Shown here: positions 1-11,517 of the stretch, piece by piece
How positions within the stretch are numbered: position 1 is the first letter of the stretch
How the letters are laid out: every line of letters starts with the position of its first letter
Source of the DNA: Perkinsus chesapeaki ATCC PRA-425
Taxonomy: Eukaryota; Protista; Perkinsozoa
Direction: 5' to 3'
Assembly: GCA_013115145.1 (NCBI GenBank)
Contig: JAAPAO010000272.1
Span: forward strand, 1 to 44,214
DNA: 44,214 nt
Notes under the pieces: model-generated
What the model saw: the letters and a program-made list of their open reading frames with translations, nothing else
What the model was told of the DNA's origin: nothing
Databases searched by the model: none
Translations under genes and position numbers: made by a program

Positions 1-424
1 CTCTACACACTCAATCATTATGCATGCACCCTTCAACGAGTTGCGTCAAGAGAATGAACGTGATATCTTAACAATATTTACTAATGCTGTTTGGGATTCC
101 CAAATGTCGCACTTCAATAACAGGATTTTCTTAGTGGATCAAAGTTCTACAATCACCTCTGAGCTTCGATAAGTTATTAAATTATTCGATAACCCGATTA
201 ACCGAAAAGGCGGCAATCAACTGAAAAAAACAAGACATGTTAATTAACTCAATCAAGGAATCACATTTCGGGTCACTAATTTCCGAGACATTTGGTTACC
301 AAATTTTGGTATGTTTGTACAAATTGAATAGCCCATATCCAGTTTGCAAGAAGCACAATGGCGCTTCTCGTTCCGTTAGCAATGCAATATTTATTAGTCC
401 TCAAAGTTAAACACATCTGAAAAA

Positions 425-497
425 TGGAGAACCCGGGCATCGATCCCGGTGCCTCTCGCTTGCTAAGCGAGCGCTCTACCATTTGAGCTAGTCCCCC
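425..497 (-). tRNA. tRNA-Ala (anticodon AGC)
   Basis: Reverse complement is GGGGGACTAGCTCAAATGGTAGAGCGCTCGCTTAGCAAGCGAGAGGCACCGGGATCGATGCCCGGGTTCTCCA (73 nt). It forms a cloverleaf with the G3:U70 Ala determinant and anticodon stem CTCGC/GCGAG around AGC. A T5 Pol III terminator follows directly. Confidence 0.97.
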
Positions 498-1393
498 GAT
501 GACAGATACGTCGTACCTCGGCGGTTTACGAGGTGAAGCAGTATACGCAAGCCAGACGCAATCACTGTTCTTTCTAGTATCCTGCTTTCCTATAGTCCTC
601 ACTCATCAATAAGTGTCTAACATCATCTTTAGGTAGAAATCCTTATATTATATGGCTGCCATACTATGGCATCATCACAACTCTATATACAGATGAAGAC
701 TGGAAAGCCAGTAGACTTTTACTCTTTGGCCTGGCTGCTTCGGACTCCCTACCACTCAGTTCGAGCTTCGAACTGGTTTATTGATCCGTCAACAGCAGTC
801 CGTAGCACGAGTATACTCTTGAGAACGCCAGTGGGCTTTAGTTACTTATACTCGGTAAAAGGAAAGCTTCACCAGAACCACTTGACTACTTTGCCTAATA
901 CTAGAACCACTCTTCCCTACAACTCTATCCGTTTCACCGTTCTTCACGTGTACAATTTCATATCACGACTGCTGTATTTCACCGTCGCTGTACAATAATA
1001 TACAGCTTATTACTCATCCGCTGTCTTTCCTCATACTAATTCTAATCGCCAATTGCCGGTACCCACTACCTCCACTTATCAACTCGACACCTTTCAACTC
1101 TTGAAGAAAAAACTGCAAAACAAACGCAGTGCTGAAATCTTAAGATAAATATACCAAAACCTGGCATCAACTAGGCCTAAACTCGATTACACAGAGCAGC
1201 GAGTGACATGAGAGACAGTGCTAACTCCCAGGAGTAAAGGACCATCCTTAGTTACCCTATCAAAGAGTACCACTTTTTGTAGCAGCATTACGGGAAATGA
1301 AAATGGTTTGGATGAAGCCATATTGGCGTCATATACGAGACCAGATTCGGAAAATACAACCATGCCAACTTGTACGCACAACAAACGCCACTA

Positions 1394-3507
1394 TTAAGCA
1401 TCGCCAACCTCCTCCGCCCTCTCTCGCTTAGCGCTCCTTAAGTACGACTTCAACTTCGCCAGTGCACTCAAAAGCTCGGACTTTACACAAGCAATGCATA
1501 GACGGATATAAAGAAAAGCTACAATGCCAATAATAGCCCACGCGTACCTGAAACGATAATCAAACAGCTAGGATTACTCCATTCTATCACCATGGCCATC
1601 CTAGCGGCACCAAGGTCTCTATTATGAGATAAAAGTTAACACCAATAACTAAACATGCCAACATCCACATAATAGACGTCCAAACGTGCCCGATCGCAAA
1701 CCTAAAAGCATAATTGCTTAACACTGTTAATTGTTCTTGGAATGACGAGTAAACCCGCACAAACCTACCTCCCCATAACTTCACGACTCATTGAGAAATG
1801 CAGTACGGGAAGTAAAGCGAAAGGCAATTGGATAGACTGAAGTATATTCAACCAAGCATTCACTCCATTCATAGCTGTTATCTCGCCCTAAAGTACACAG
1901 GATAACTGGAGAAAGTAACGCATAAAAACAGGAGGCCGCACGTGCTCTTGGGAACACTAACTTACCTGAAGTATTGCAAATGCCAACGCAGGCCCGAGGG
2001 CTATAGATCTGGTAATAAGTACACGAACCCACATAGGAATCTGCCACTGCATGAACCCTTCCATAACATATTGACCCGCCAGTGTACCTATAAGACATAC
2101 AAACAATAGCCGCTTCATAATTATCAAGCCTCACCTGTGAGAGTACTAGCCTGACCAGCTGCCAACACTCCCACTGCAAAAATGTACTTAACTCCAGAAG
2201 AGTACCTTACAAGGTAATTCCCACGGACAAAATGCATTAGATGTTTCGCTGCCATAATTCAATAAGTACGAAACACGCCTCTACCTACATAACAGCGGCA
2301 AGAGCACCAGCTGCATTTTCCAGGCCGATATTAGAACAAACACCAGCCATGCCTTCGGGGGTGTGACATTGACAAGCAGGGTCGCTCGGGCTGCATACGG
2401 AGGAATCCCAATCTAAACATAAAGTGAGATAAATGGATGAAGACAAAACTCACCCTCGGGACTTGCTAGGCAGGCAAGAGGACCATTTTGAAGTGTTGCG
2501 CATTGACGGGAGAACATACCATGAGCAAAAGCAGACACCACCGCCAAGTTAATAAGGAATGATACAGATAAAGACGATGTTGAATCGATGAGGAAATATC
2601 TAAAAAAAGAGAATCTAACAGTTTCAAAAGATACCAGTGGGAAAAGAATCCTTGCGAGTGCGCACTTATTAGCTTGTTTGATGTTCCTTTCCTCGCTGCG
2701 ATCAATCTGCCTCGATCGAGTAAGAGCTGAATGTAGGTATAAGTTATGGGGCATAATGACGGCACCAATAAGGCCAACCATTTGCATTACAGCATAACTA
2801 GCAACCAAAGGGATAAAGCCCTTGAAGATATCTTCAGCTGGTGGAGCCGAGATACCCATATCGACAAAGAAGCATATCATCATGGTTAGAATTAATACAA
2901 ATATAAAAGCTTCTAAGACTCTTATACCATGAAACAAATGTAGTGTTAGAAATGTTAAAGTATCAACAGCGGTTATAAGTGTACCAGCCCATAATGGTAT
3001 ATTAAGCAACACTCTGAAGGCTATCGCTGTGCCCAGAACCTCTTGAATGTCTGAGCCTATAATAGCTATCTCGGCCATTATCCACAGAACTGTTGCTGTA
3101 CTTCTAGGATAACGAGCTCTACAATGCTCAGCAAGGTGTACACCAGTAACAGCAGCGATACGGCAAGCAAGCACTTGAAGTAATAAACCAAATATATGTG
3201 CAAGCAACAAAACCCAAAGCATTTGATAACCAGTAAAGGCACCTGCTTGCAGATCAGCTTCAAGGTTACCAGGATCTAGATAGGCTAATGACATTAGCCA
3301 TCCAGGACCAGTATATTTAAAGAATGTACGAAATGAGAACTTAACCCCTGGTGGATCGACCGGGATAACGACTGATTTCTCCTTGCCAAATACTCTTGAA
3401 GATGACGGAACAACTTCCTTTTCTTTAATAGGGCTATTCCCACTCATGGAGGACGCCTGCTCCTCAGTGTCGATAGTGAATTGATCTAAAGGTTTTTCAG
3501 TGGACAT
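1394..3507 (-). CDS. NRAMP: NRAMP/SLC11 divalent metal (Fe/Mn) transporter, multi-exon
   Basis: [24 protein letters not shown] (TM1 DPGN) and [15 protein letters not shown] (TM6 MPH) signatures, with many hydrophobic helices. Downstream exons continue to [16 protein letters not shown]...EEVGDA* (stop at 1394-1396). ATG at 3507 is preceded by a pyrimidine tract and AG. Confidence 0.95.
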
Positions 3508-4366
3508 CACTGAGGGAAACTAAATCTGCGGTGAGTTCGTCTATATGCTAAACCGAGGCAATCGGGATTCCCAGCAACGCATCATTAAATACAGCAAACA
3601 TGAAACTTGAACTATACCGTTCCATAGAGACACAGAATGTCACATTCTGAATGTGCAACGAACAGCAGCAAAGGTTGAGAGATAGAGACGCTCTTTACCA
3701 CCCTACGAAAAAGTGCGCCATTCCTCGGGTTCGTGGAGCGGAGCTGGTACGCCCACACAACGTGCAATTATGAAGTGATACTCTACTGTGAAGTCTATAA
3801 TGTCGCCATAGCATTTCGTCCGCGATTCTCAACAGGTTTGAATAGCTCTACCATGCAGTACTCCTTAACGCGGGGACTCGAACTCGAGTGGGATGCGGTA
3901 CAAGCCTTGTAAAGCGTGCAATGTACACGTGCTGCTGCATGTTAAATAATAAAGAACCCAGGGGAGGAAAGTACAGCTTCATAGAGGAGGAGTTTTGATA
4001 CGCTCTGTATTAAGCCTCTCGATGGCTCTGAGGATCTACAATCATAACTAAACAGCAACTACGAATAAGTTAGAATTCAACCATATAGGCTCCCGAAGAG
4101 AATAGGTGACGTGGCATACGGTAATGGTCCATGCTGGCAAGTGTACCCTAACTTACTTAATATGTTGTAACTTACCTATCAACGCCACATATGTGGACAT
4201 TATCATGGACATCCACATATTATTGTTCTCCATGCTATTGCTCGTGGCATTCATTCGTCCAAGCTCGGCATGGAGCCGTGACGCCAAATCTTGAGTTAGG
4301 AAAGACGCGAGATTTTGCAAGATACGCAAGATTACCCTCACTCTCATCGACACCTTTGTTGTTGTT

Positions 4367-5086
4367 ATGGTTCACCATCGTCTAGGAGCATTACTCCTTG
4401 GCATTACCCTCCTCCTTGTCCTCCTGAACTTCACCTATACCTTCCTTTATCCCTCTACTTTACACTCTGTTGCCCAGCAGCATCAGGCAGCAGCCTCTCG
4501 AACAAACGTCTATATCACTTCTACTGGCATCACCGCCCTCAAAGGATGTGCATTCCTCACCTCAGCGTGGTTGCTCATCACCGCTCTAGTTCGTAGATCG
4601 GCTGCACGGAGACCTTCCACAGAGGACAAGGTCAAGCAAGCAGAACGCACGATTGCAAGATTCGCCGAAAAATATGCCCGAAGGACCGGTACCAAATTTT
4701 GCCGAGATCGGAGGGTAACAGCGCGAGTCATCAGAGGGCTTGCTGAGGTAGGCTTCGGCTTTGGCGGCTCTATCAGCCCTTCTCTTCAGCACAAGGTAGA
4801 ATTAGGCGCTCCGCTGTGCCCTTGTAGAGATTATGAAGATAAAAAAGAGGAAGTAAGGAGGGCCTATTGGAACTGCCCTTGCGTGCCGATGAGGTAAAGC
4901 CAAGGGTCTCCAACTAACCTATTACGAATCTTTTCCAGAACTCAAGGCCATTGTCATTGCATGTTATTCGTTCAACCCGACAGTCCGTGGGCATCTGACG
5001 CCCCACCGAAGATCACGACCGACGATATAGAAGATTTAGGAAACTACTTTGATACCGATGTTTCATGCCTCCTTCACTTGTGTTAA
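4367..5086 (+). CDS. ftrC: Ferredoxin-thioredoxin reductase catalytic (beta) chain with N-terminal hydrophobic leader, 3 exons
   Basis: After removing introns 4748-4789 and 4894-4938 the protein reads RFAEKYARRTGTKFC...VIRGLAEHKVELGAPLCPCRDY...YWNCPCVPMRTQGHCHCMLFV. This is the CPC/CPC/CHC [4Fe-4S]-plus-disulfide signature of FTR-c. Start and last codons are uncertain. Confidence 0.9.
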
Positions 5087-5115
5087 CAGTACACCATCCC
5101 AACAGCAGCAGTTCA

Positions 5116-8100
5116 ATGGACTTAGACTCTCTATCATCACACTCTTCTGACATAACTCTTGTGGTTGATCAAGATGACACCCATAATACTGATCGACCAC
5201 AATGGTCATCTCACCAACAACCACTACAACTAATCAGTCTTGCATCTGGTGATGATGGTCGAGACACTGTACGTTTGTTATCAACCTTCCCACTGAATTC
5301 GTAAATCGACTTAGGTTACAGTATCCTCCGAAGCCCGTGATTATTTCACAAATACTATTGGCAATAGGCCAGTAGCGGTTATGGTGGTCTGTGGGCTCTA
5401 CCGTACCCATCTCATCTTACTAGCCTTACTCTTTGAGTTAGGTACCGGCAAATCCTTCCTATTGAACTTACTGAGCAACACCAACAATCAAGCCTTCACC
5501 GTTGGCTCTACTGTGAATGCATGTTCGAGCCGGGGGGAGTGGTAGTCATTGTATGTGTTGTTATAGGTACTTCGGGCATATGGATGTTAGTCAGCAGCAT
5601 CAACAACGGTAAGGGGGAGGGGGGAGGCCAAGGAGTATCCTTTAACTCGTAAGAGCAGGCGGTCCGATATACGTCCTACTGGACTGTGAGGGGTCCGGCA
5701 ATGTAGAGCATGATAGAGAGCATGACTCCACTCTGTTCGCTCTGGCAACGCTGCTCAGTGGTTACTTCATTTACAACAGTAAAGTGAGTATCCAACAGCA
5801 GCCTCCCTTTTAATAGACGTCTCTTATAGGGTGTAATCGATGAAGGGGCAATCCAGACATTGTCGGTCGTGACGTCCCTGGCACAACACATTCAGCAGGC
5901 CCAAGGAGATGATGACAGCTCTGTTCAACGGAGCTCTATCACCGCCCCTCACTTCCTCTGGGTTGTAAGGCTGTCCCTCACACACAGCCTCAGCAACCCT
6001 CTTTGTTAGTTACGGGATTTCGTATTGTCTTTGGAGGATCAGAACAGCCGTCCAATCAGCGCCCAGGAGTAGGAGTTAACTTTGATGAGGTGGAGGCATT
6101 CCATGGTATCAGATATCTGGAGATCGCTCTGTCCGACAAGAGCAGCGTAGCAGCCTATCGCAGCCAGGAAAGTCGAGATTGTCGAGAAAAGCTCTGCAAG
6201 TATATCTGGCGGAATGGATATCCTCTCATCCCTTCATATAAGAGGTCCAGGGTTCTATCCCCTCCTCAGGCTCTTTACCCACCGAGATTGCATAGCCTTG
6301 GTAACTCCGGTTGTCGATGAGGACCAACTGCAGACTCTAGACACTGTACCATACAACCAGCTTCGACAGGAGTTCCGAGATCAAGTCAGAACCCCACGCT
6401 CTTCTTATCTGCCATGCGGTTTAGGTGGAGCTATTGAAGCGGAAAGTGTATCGCGACTGCGAACCGAAGAGGATCAACGGTGTTCCTGTCACTGGGGTTA
6501 CCTTTGCCAAGTTGCTTGACCAATACGTCAGTTCAATAAACAATAAAGAGGTCGGGGGAGTGAGGTAGAGTACTTCAGGCGTCTCTTGGCAGATACCAAA
6601 AGTTGGCTCTGTCTGGCAAGCGTTACAGGCACAGGAAGGAGAGAGGGTGAGCATGCAATATACACCCGTCACTTTTCTGACACCTCTAGCTGCTGCTGCT
6701 GTATTCAGCTCGTAGATGAATGTTCAGCTGAATACAGGCGTATGATGGATGATAAGGTTAATAGTAAGCTGCCAATATCAGAAGTAGACTTGAGTGCCGA
6801 TCTGAAGGAACTAAGGCATGAAGTATGAATTAGCCATTATCTCTCATCACAGCCTAGAGACTGGCAGATATATGGTAAGTTCAAGAGATGTGCCTTGGGG
6901 GAGAAGAAGGTCGTGATGCAGTATCGTGAACAGTTGAAGGATATCATGGATGGAGTTGACAAACAGGTGAAGGGCGGCGGCGTTGGATTACTGTTGCAAT
7001 ACCTATGTATGGTCGCCACGTATGTACAGTATGTCGACGGATGAAACTGTCAGGGAATCTAACTACGAAACATGCTTTATTTCCTGGGTGAAGTAATATG
7101 AGGCTCAACTTGAACTTCTGTGCTTTGTTCGATCGACTCGAAGTAGTTGTGATTTAGTTGTCATAACTTGTTCTAATCTAGCACTACATTATAGCGGTAT
7201 TACCTCCCCAGTTCGCTGTGAATAGAGGACGAGTAGATTGTTAGGCATACGGTTGGAAAACTAACTCAAGGACTACGGAATCCGCTCATTTACTACACCT
7301 TCGAACCAAGACACTAATACGCTCATAGTAAACATCAGGTGAAAAGCAGCAATGATAAGCTCGCCAATAAGGAGTGTTTGAGGGTATTAAAGGCATTATG
7401 GCGGCCTATAGTAGATCGACTGGATGCGTATGATGATGATAATAATGGTATCGTGGGAACCTTTCAACTGCTCTTGAAGGCTCTCTTCAGCTTATAGTAT
7501 CGATGACGGTATCACTGAGTTTACTAGAGACCTCTCCCACTTGCGGGAAGCCTATCAAAAGGAGGCCAGAGGTTGGTAGATGTTCGCCCTAGAACTACGG
7601 CGGCCAGGCTTCTCTCAGGGCCATCTACTGTGGTAATGGACGTGTATACTAAATGGATGACACCTAAACAAGAGCAAGGGCTATTAAAGCTGACACTAAG
7701 GCAGCAAGAGGCAGCAGCACAGCGGGCTGTAGGGCAATAGGGATTATATGGCTTGATGGGTGTATAGGTGATGGCAGAACGTGAGCGAGCTATTGAGGAG
7801 GAAAAGCGAAGGGCTGAGAAGGAACTAGAGGAACGACGCGCTAGAGAGAAGGAGGAGCGGGAGGTCAGTTGCGGAAATGCGTCGATCGAAGGTTATTCAA
7901 GGTGGGCTCAGAAATACCGTGAAGAGCGAACGGAGAAAATGAGGAATGATGTGAAGCAGTTAGTGGTCGACATTGAAGGTATAGACACACCATCATCAGT
8001 AGAGGGGACGGACGATGACGGCAGCCAAGCCATGGGAGATACTGGAAGGATGCAGGTAGAGTTGATAGAAGTTATGGAGGTAAGGTGCCCATTCAGGCCG

Positions 8101-8187
8101 AAGTCGATGATATACGATTGGCTCTGGACGAACAAGATAGAAAGAGAGCTTCGTCGGCTTCAGCGAGTTGTTGTAGATGCACGATAA
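5116..8187 (+). CDS. Guanylate-binding protein / atlastin-like (GB1/RHD3) large GTPase with coiled-coil C-terminus, multi-exon
   Basis: Spliced G1 VAVMVVCGLYR|TGKSFLLN, G3-like LLDCEG, DSTLFALATLLSGYFIYNS, LWVVR/DF, PKRINGVPVTGVTFAKLLDQYVSSIN (GBP helical region) and an E/R-rich coiled coil at 7768-7860. Confidence 0.85.
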
Positions 8188-8434
8188 TGTGATTCACTCA
8201 ATTAGGAATTGTACACTGATCCACATGAACAGCAGCAGCATCAGCACGATAGGCCATTGGCTTAGGTGTTGTGTTTAGAGACAGTATCGCCTTGAACGTT
8301 ACGTCGACTAATGTAAGGGATGCACATAAAGCGGATGCTTATACACACGGAAATAAGTTTGAGGAGGACATTACAGTATGCTAACCGATTGAATGCGGCT
8401 AATTAACAGAACACAACCGCGTTAAGGAAGGACA

Positions 8435-9256
8435 TTACATAGATATTATGGGCTCAACAACTTTCAGCTTTATCAGCTCAGCGAAGAGGAACCGCATAGT
8501 GATCGAACCTAAGTAGGGCAGCGGCCGCCGGCCGTCGTCTGGGAAATGCTCAGAATCGTCTTCTGGACCGAAGGTGTAAACAAAGTTACAGAACTGACCT
8601 TCTTCTATTCCTGGCAAGTCACCTATTATCAACACCAAAGAGCTTCACTTTTCTCACCAGCGTTGGCGAATCCAGCTTCGAAGTACGCTGACATTGCTGA
8701 TCTATTCGAGCACTGCACCCTCATCCAAGCACCAATGATGTCGGGCTTCTTTTTGTGAACCTGATCACAGGATACTTCACCATGGCTCTTGCATGGTGTG
8801 TACATATCCAAGAAGCTTCCTCAACAACTGAGGTGCCACGCCTTTACCACGACAATCGCTTCGAGTGTCCACGTGTGCGATGTACAGCCATTCTCCATAC
8901 TGCGGGATAACGACGACGCCAAACTCAACAGATCCCACAGCAATCTGAGATGATAAAGCTCCCACTAGCTGAACACTTCAGGCAAAATCTGCGTTCAATG
9001 GCAAATTCGCTCTACAATAGTTAATACGAGGGCCTTAGGTACAGGAGACTACTTCTCCTGGTGTCCTGTTACGCTTCACTGCTACGAAGAAATCGGTGCC
9101 CTCGAGCTCGCGATGTAAACCCATCATGTCTTCTTCCGTTGCCGGGCGATAGTCCAGTGTGGAGATAAATGAGGACTCAGGATGATGATGACTTCCCAGT
9201 GCGAGAGTGACCGGGCAGAATACAGCAAAGACGAGCAGTGGCTTGTGGCCTTTCAT
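8435..9256 (-). CDS. Signal-peptide GNAT-family N-acetyltransferase, copy 1 (4 exons)
   Basis: MKGHKPLLVFAVFCPVTLALG signal, LDYRPATEED, FFVA...PGE|IAVGSVEFG, motif A HVDTRSDCRGKGVAPQLLRKLLGY and motif B NRSAMSAYFEAGF. Three introns lie at the same positions as in copy 2. Confidence 0.75.
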
Positions 9257-9616
9257 AATGAAAAAGCAGGGCTAACAGACGACCCTTGGGAGTGATGTTT
9301 TCGGGCAGTATAACTTGCTCTGAGCAATCGATGAAACCAACGCGAGAAACACTTGGGTTAGCTTATGCTTAGCGCTTTAGACCGCTACGGTAACCCTTGT
9401 CTACCCGGCTTGCACGGAGAATCCGTCTCGTCTCCATGATGGAGACTCCATCGGATGGAGTCCATCCGCAACGGAACAGAGGGCGCGCGGGAGCCGCGAC
9501 TCTTGACGCTGAGTATGCGATAATGTCCCAGTGTGTCTTGGAATTTGCCTATCAGTAAGACGGCAAATGCCGGGCGTGTAGTGCTGCGCTCGGTGCCTCG
9601 AGGAAGTAGTCTGGCC

Positions 9617-9684
9617 GCCATGCTGGTGCAATGGATAAGGTGGTGCCCTCTCGAAGATTCCGGGTCCGATCCCCGGGCAGGGTA
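9617..9684 (+). pseudogene. Decayed tRNA-Arg(CCT) copy
   Basis: GCCATGCTGGTGCAATGGATAAGG...AGATTCCGGGTCCGATCCCCGGGCAGGGTA aligns to the intact tRNA at 11251-11323. It is 68 vs 73 nt, the anticodon arm is destroyed and the T-loop is changed from GTTCGA to GTCCGA. Confidence 0.85.
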
Positions 9685-9916
9685 GTTCGAAATCTAATGT
9701 CACGACCTGGAATATATGTCAAGGCATCTGGTAGATTTCAATGTTCAAGACATCAGAGGCATCTTTCGACTATATTGGAATCATTTCAATGAAATGCGTC
9801 ACAATCATCCGGCGTACCAGCGGTACGGCATAAGACACTAAAGTTGTCATGCTGTCTGGGTTGATCATCCTCTCTTCAATCTATCCATATAGTTACTAAA
9901 CTCGAAGCAATAAATA

Positions 9917-10797
9917 TTAGCTGGACATTGCCATCACACGAGAGTACACTTCATCAACTATGCCGTTAAGAAGGAAATCCTCGAAGAAGCGAGTAACACG
10001 TGGTGACGTTAGATACGGAATTGAATCATCATCTCCCTGGAATGCTGTTGTGGAATGGGTTGTTGGTGAGAATATGTAAATAAGATAGTGGGAATCGCCA
10101 ATCTTACCTGACATATCGGCAAGAAGCGATCTGTAATACACAGCCTCACCTTTGTCGACGAATCCGGCCTTGAGGAACGCTTTCCTCGCGGCATTATTCC
10201 CCATAAGCGTTCTCGTCCAAGCTGCAATAGTGAGAGGTCGTTTATAGTGAATCTGATCGCCTTCGTCCGACACGGAGCTCCAGAGGTCCCCCTCACATAG
10301 CCAACAAGCCTATTGAGCAACTTCGGTGCTATCCTGTTCCCTCGGTATTTATCATTGACGAAGATGCTCGTGATATACGCCCACTCGCCGTGCTTCATTG
10401 TCCTCACCATACCAAACTCGGCAGATCCAACGATCTTCTGGGAAGCAGAAAGTGTTGAGATATCGTAAAGAGCATTCATCGACCGGAGTCGACTTTTAAG
10501 TTCACGTGAGTACCCTTGTGAAGTCAAGGTCCCCCGGCATGGGGCCCCGGAGGCTGCCCTAGACCCCCGTTTGGGATCCTCCCACTTGCTTACATGGCCT
10601 TCCTCAGCACTGGAGTTTATCGCTAGAAAAGTGACTTCATCATCGAGAGCCCAATCAAGGACGCCGTCAGAAGGCTCTGCTGGGCGGTATTCCAAAGCCT
10701 CGGCGAGTGGATGGAATGCGGACTGGCGGCTCGTGGCAGACTGTGTGGTGACAAGGAGTGTTGCACCGATTACGATTTTCATGCCATGACTTGGCAT
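9917..10797 (-). CDS. Signal-peptide GNAT-family N-acetyltransferase, copy 2 (4 exons)
   Basis: MKIVIGATLLVTTQSA signal-like start (ATG 10782 or 10797), LEYRPAEPSD, TFLAIN...GH|KIVGSAEFG, motif A SIFVNDKYRGNRIAPKLLNRLVGY and motif B NNAARKAFLKAGF. Paralogous to 8435-9256. Confidence 0.75.
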
Positions 10798-11250
10798 TCT
10801 AATAGACACTGATGACTGATATCGCAGGGCTGACTATGGGAATGATGCCGAGCTCGAATTGTGGCGAGCCGCTACTTACGGAGAACTACCGTGACTGGAA
10901 TTGCCATTCTTCGAGCGAACTTCAACTGTTTGCGCAATCATAGCAAACATGCAACCGTTTGGTAACTTCCTGCTCTTTACCGTGGAGCCGCCTGACCTGT
11001 CCTACTCCACTGCGCAAACCGACATAAATGACTTCTCATTTACGGCTCGTTTCACCATTGCCGAAGGTGCATTTCCATCGCTTGGAATCACTTGTCCATC
11101 ATATAGGACACTTGTGAACTACAATTACTGTGATTACAGTGCTTCGAAACCTTGTCCCACTTTAGCTTCAGTTCATCGGGTAAGCCACAGCCGCACTGCT
11201 GTAAAGGACAGGTACGCGTGCACTCTATGCACAATTCATATATATTCGTC

Positions 11251-11323
11251 GCCCTGCTGGCCCAATGGATAAGGCGCCACCCTCCTAAGGTGGAGATTCC
11301 GGGTTCGATCCCCGGGTAGGGTA
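11251..11323 (+). tRNA. tRNA-Arg (anticodon CCT)
   Basis: GCCCTGCTGGCCCAATGGATAAGGCGCCACCCTCCTAAGGTGGAGATTCCGGGTTCGATCCCCGGGTAGGGTA (73 nt). Anticodon stem CCACC/GGTGG, loop CT-CCT-AA, canonical GGTTCGATCC T-arm. Confidence 0.97.
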
Positions 11324-11517
11324 AATATTGTACCCCCTATATTCAAAACCCATCGCAACAGTAGTTCGCACGCGGAGTCAACTCTCCCTTTGCAAGAGCG
11401 ACAAGCAAATGTCCATCATCCTCCATCTATCCACCTCTTGCGCGAGTCTTTATCCATGTAGCCCTCCAACTTCACAAACACAAATCAAAGTAGTATTGTA
11501 AATATAGAAGTATACGT

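Noticed and set aside
276-602. 108-aa minus-strand ORF
   Set aside because: It runs through the tRNA-Ala gene and has no recognisable protein features; a shadow ORF.
666-998. 110-aa plus-strand ORF
   Set aside because: No motif or splice context I can support.
3866-3890. B-box-like GAGTTCGAGTCC on the minus strand
   Set aside because: No A-box or cloverleaf could be folded around it.
4205-4294. Short signal-peptide-like ORF MDIHILLFSMLLLVAFIRPSSAW upstream of FTR
   Set aside because: It could be an alternative first exon, but I could not build a confident in-frame splice path to the FTR core; left unresolved.
8623-8657. Apparent frameshift and triple stop TGA-TAA-TAG in GNAT copy 1
   Set aside because: It is a 35-nt GT-AG intron at the same phase-1 position as the 42-nt intron in copy 2. 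Splicing restores the frame, so this is not a pseudogene or a recoding site.
10901-11272. 123-aa plus-strand ORF
   Set aside because: It overlaps the tRNA-Arg start and lies in the GNAT upstream spacer; no homology recognised.
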